From assembly GCF_046119375.1 (NCBI RefSeq), contig NW_027362768.1, positions 386,570,001-386,634,000 of the forward strand: a stretch of DNA of 64,000 nt. Reading direction: 5' to 3'. This document shows, piece by piece, positions 62,351 to 64,000 of this stretch. The notes under the pieces are model-generated. The model saw only the letters and a program-made list of their open reading frames with translations. It was not told the DNA's origin and did not search any database. Numbering within the stretch: position 1 is the stretch's first letter; each line of letters starts with the position of its first letter. A program made the translations under genes and the position numbers. Origin of the DNA: Phyllobates terribilis (taxonomy: Eukaryota).

Positions 62351-63421
62351 AAGTGGGCAGACCTATGTAAATCCACCAATGGCCGGGGGCCGGAGGAGGA
62401 GTGGTCCTGTCCCTGCTGCCTGCCCTGGGAGGCGCCTGCATTGCCTGCTGCTGTGTCCTCAGCCGCTGGGGTGATAGGAAGTGCTGCTGCAGAGCGAGGC
62501 TGGGCTCATGGAGGAAGGGGGCTTCGGCTGGCACCGGAAGGGTTACTTATTTTTTTATATCTCTTATTTCCAGGGAATTGGTTTGATTCCAGAAATTCCG
62601 CCAGACATTCCTCATCTGCTGCTTCCTGCAGCCATTACGTGGTCGCACAGGCACGTCAGGATATATTTAGCCGGACAAGCAGCGGAAGTGGCCTCATGTC
62701 TCATTCCTAGAGCCAGGGGTGGTCGGAGGCAGACACCCAGGATAAATCTCCTATGGTCTGGTGCCCCCCCGCCGGACTGCCAGTGACGTCACGTACCACT
62801 GTGGATGATGTCATCGCTCTTTACAGGAAGAAGTTAATCACCGCCTGTGGCCCCCACTGGTTTATAGGGTCCTCCACTTCTCCAGGGTCCCTTGACAATT
62901 GGCTGATCACACAGCGATCCAGGGATCTGTGGGGGAAACCTACCTTGGGGGCTACATTTCCCTGCAGCGCCACCACAGGGGAGATGAAATATTACACCAT
63001 GCCCATTCTCACCATTCCCATATTACACCATGTCCATTCTTATTTCTGTGTAATGCAGAATAAGCTGGGTTCTCCAATGAGAGACCCCCAATGTAACCCA
63101 AGAGATGAGGACCCCCGCAGAAAAAAAGGCAATTTCATGAGTCACTTTTATACCAAAAGTCCACAAATTTACTGTATTTCTATCATTACAGAAGCATCCT
63201 TGTCATTATTTGTCAGTGTCCTGCCTGGTACGGCTGCTGATCTGGACAGAATCAGTCTCCTTTCCCCTCTGGCAGCTGAAATTATATTCTGTTATTTTCC
63301 CTGTAAAAGGGGGTCTTCTCAGCTCCACCGCCACTCTGCTCCTAAACCAAGAAGCAGAAAAATATATCCATTGGCCGCCTTGCATTGACCAGAGGATATG
63401 GAGAAATGTGAGATTAACTGA

Positions 63422-64000
63422 GTGTCCTCCAGCCCTCAGCGCATTAGGTGGAGGTGACTGAGCGTGTGTGTCCTCCAGCCCTCAGCGCATTAGGTAGAGG
63501 TGACTGAGCGTGTGTGTCCTCCAGCCCTCAGCGCATTAGGTGGAGGTGACTGAGCGTGTGTGTCCTCAAGCACCCAGCTCATTAGGTGGAGGTGACTGAG
63601 CATGTGTGTCCTCCAGCACTTTGCTCATTAAGTGGAGGGGACTGAGCATTTGTGTCCTCCAGCACCCGACTCATTAGGTGGAGGGGCCTGAGCGTGTGTG
63701 TCCTCCAGCACCCCACTCATTAGGTGGAGGGGCCTGAGCATGTGTGTCCTCCAGCCCTCGGCTCATTAGGTGGAGGGGACTGAATGTGTGTGTCCTCCAG
63801 CACTCTGCTTGCTAGTTAGAGGTGAGTGAGCTTGTGTGTCCTCCAGCACTCGACTCATTAGGTGGAGGGGACTGAGCATCTGTGTCCTCCAGCACTCCGC
63901 TCACTAGGTTCAGGGGAGTGAGCATGTGTGTCCCCCAGCACTTTGCTCGTTAGGTGGAGGGGACTGAGCATGTGTGTCCTCCAGCCCTTGGCTCATTAGG
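63422..64000. repeat. 46-bp minisatellite (runs off the right edge)
   Basis: Unit GTGTCCTCCAGCCCTCAGCGCATTAGGTGGAGGTGACTGAGCGTGT, diverging to the right. Confidence 0.94.

Noticed and set aside
62753-63388. 211-aa ORF upstream of CISH as the first exon of MAPKAPK3
   Set aside because: No kinase or other recognisable motif; MAPKAPK3 is expected to the right by synteny but no exon of it is identifiable in this window.

Overview
Vertebrate genomic window, most likely an anuran (frog). That call is an inference from the repeat families and the divergent protein sequences. Three spliced protein-coding genes can be rebuilt from GT-AG boundaries and homology. C3orf18 (minus, 4 coding exons, 133 aa) lies head-to-head with HEMK1 (plus, 10 coding exons, 324 aa) across a short bidirectional promoter at about 29.2-29.8 kb. 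CISH follows (minus, 3 exons, 257 aa). This order and orientation match human 3p21.31 as I recall it. Roughly 60% of the window (my rough sum, about 38 kb) is tandem repeat, in about 20 distinct families, and many introns carry their own array. Mobile elements: one young 5'-truncated CR1 LINE, two decayed Tc1 transposons, two PIF/Harbinger-type MITEs, and a solo-LTR-like element swollen by a 6.7-kb 36-bp array. The very long ORFs in the track are by-products of the repeats. I found no clearly new protein system. The best lead is regulatory: several satellites are arrays of transcription-factor consensus sites. A 133-bp satellite downstream of CISH carries 20 intact TTCCTGAGAA (STAT6-type) sites next to a STAT-motif cluster. 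A 68-bp HEMK1 intron satellite has ZNF143-like sites, and the 36-bp array has RUNX-type cores. An 86-bp satellite appears to supply a C3orf18 splice donor. All functional claims are untested inferences.
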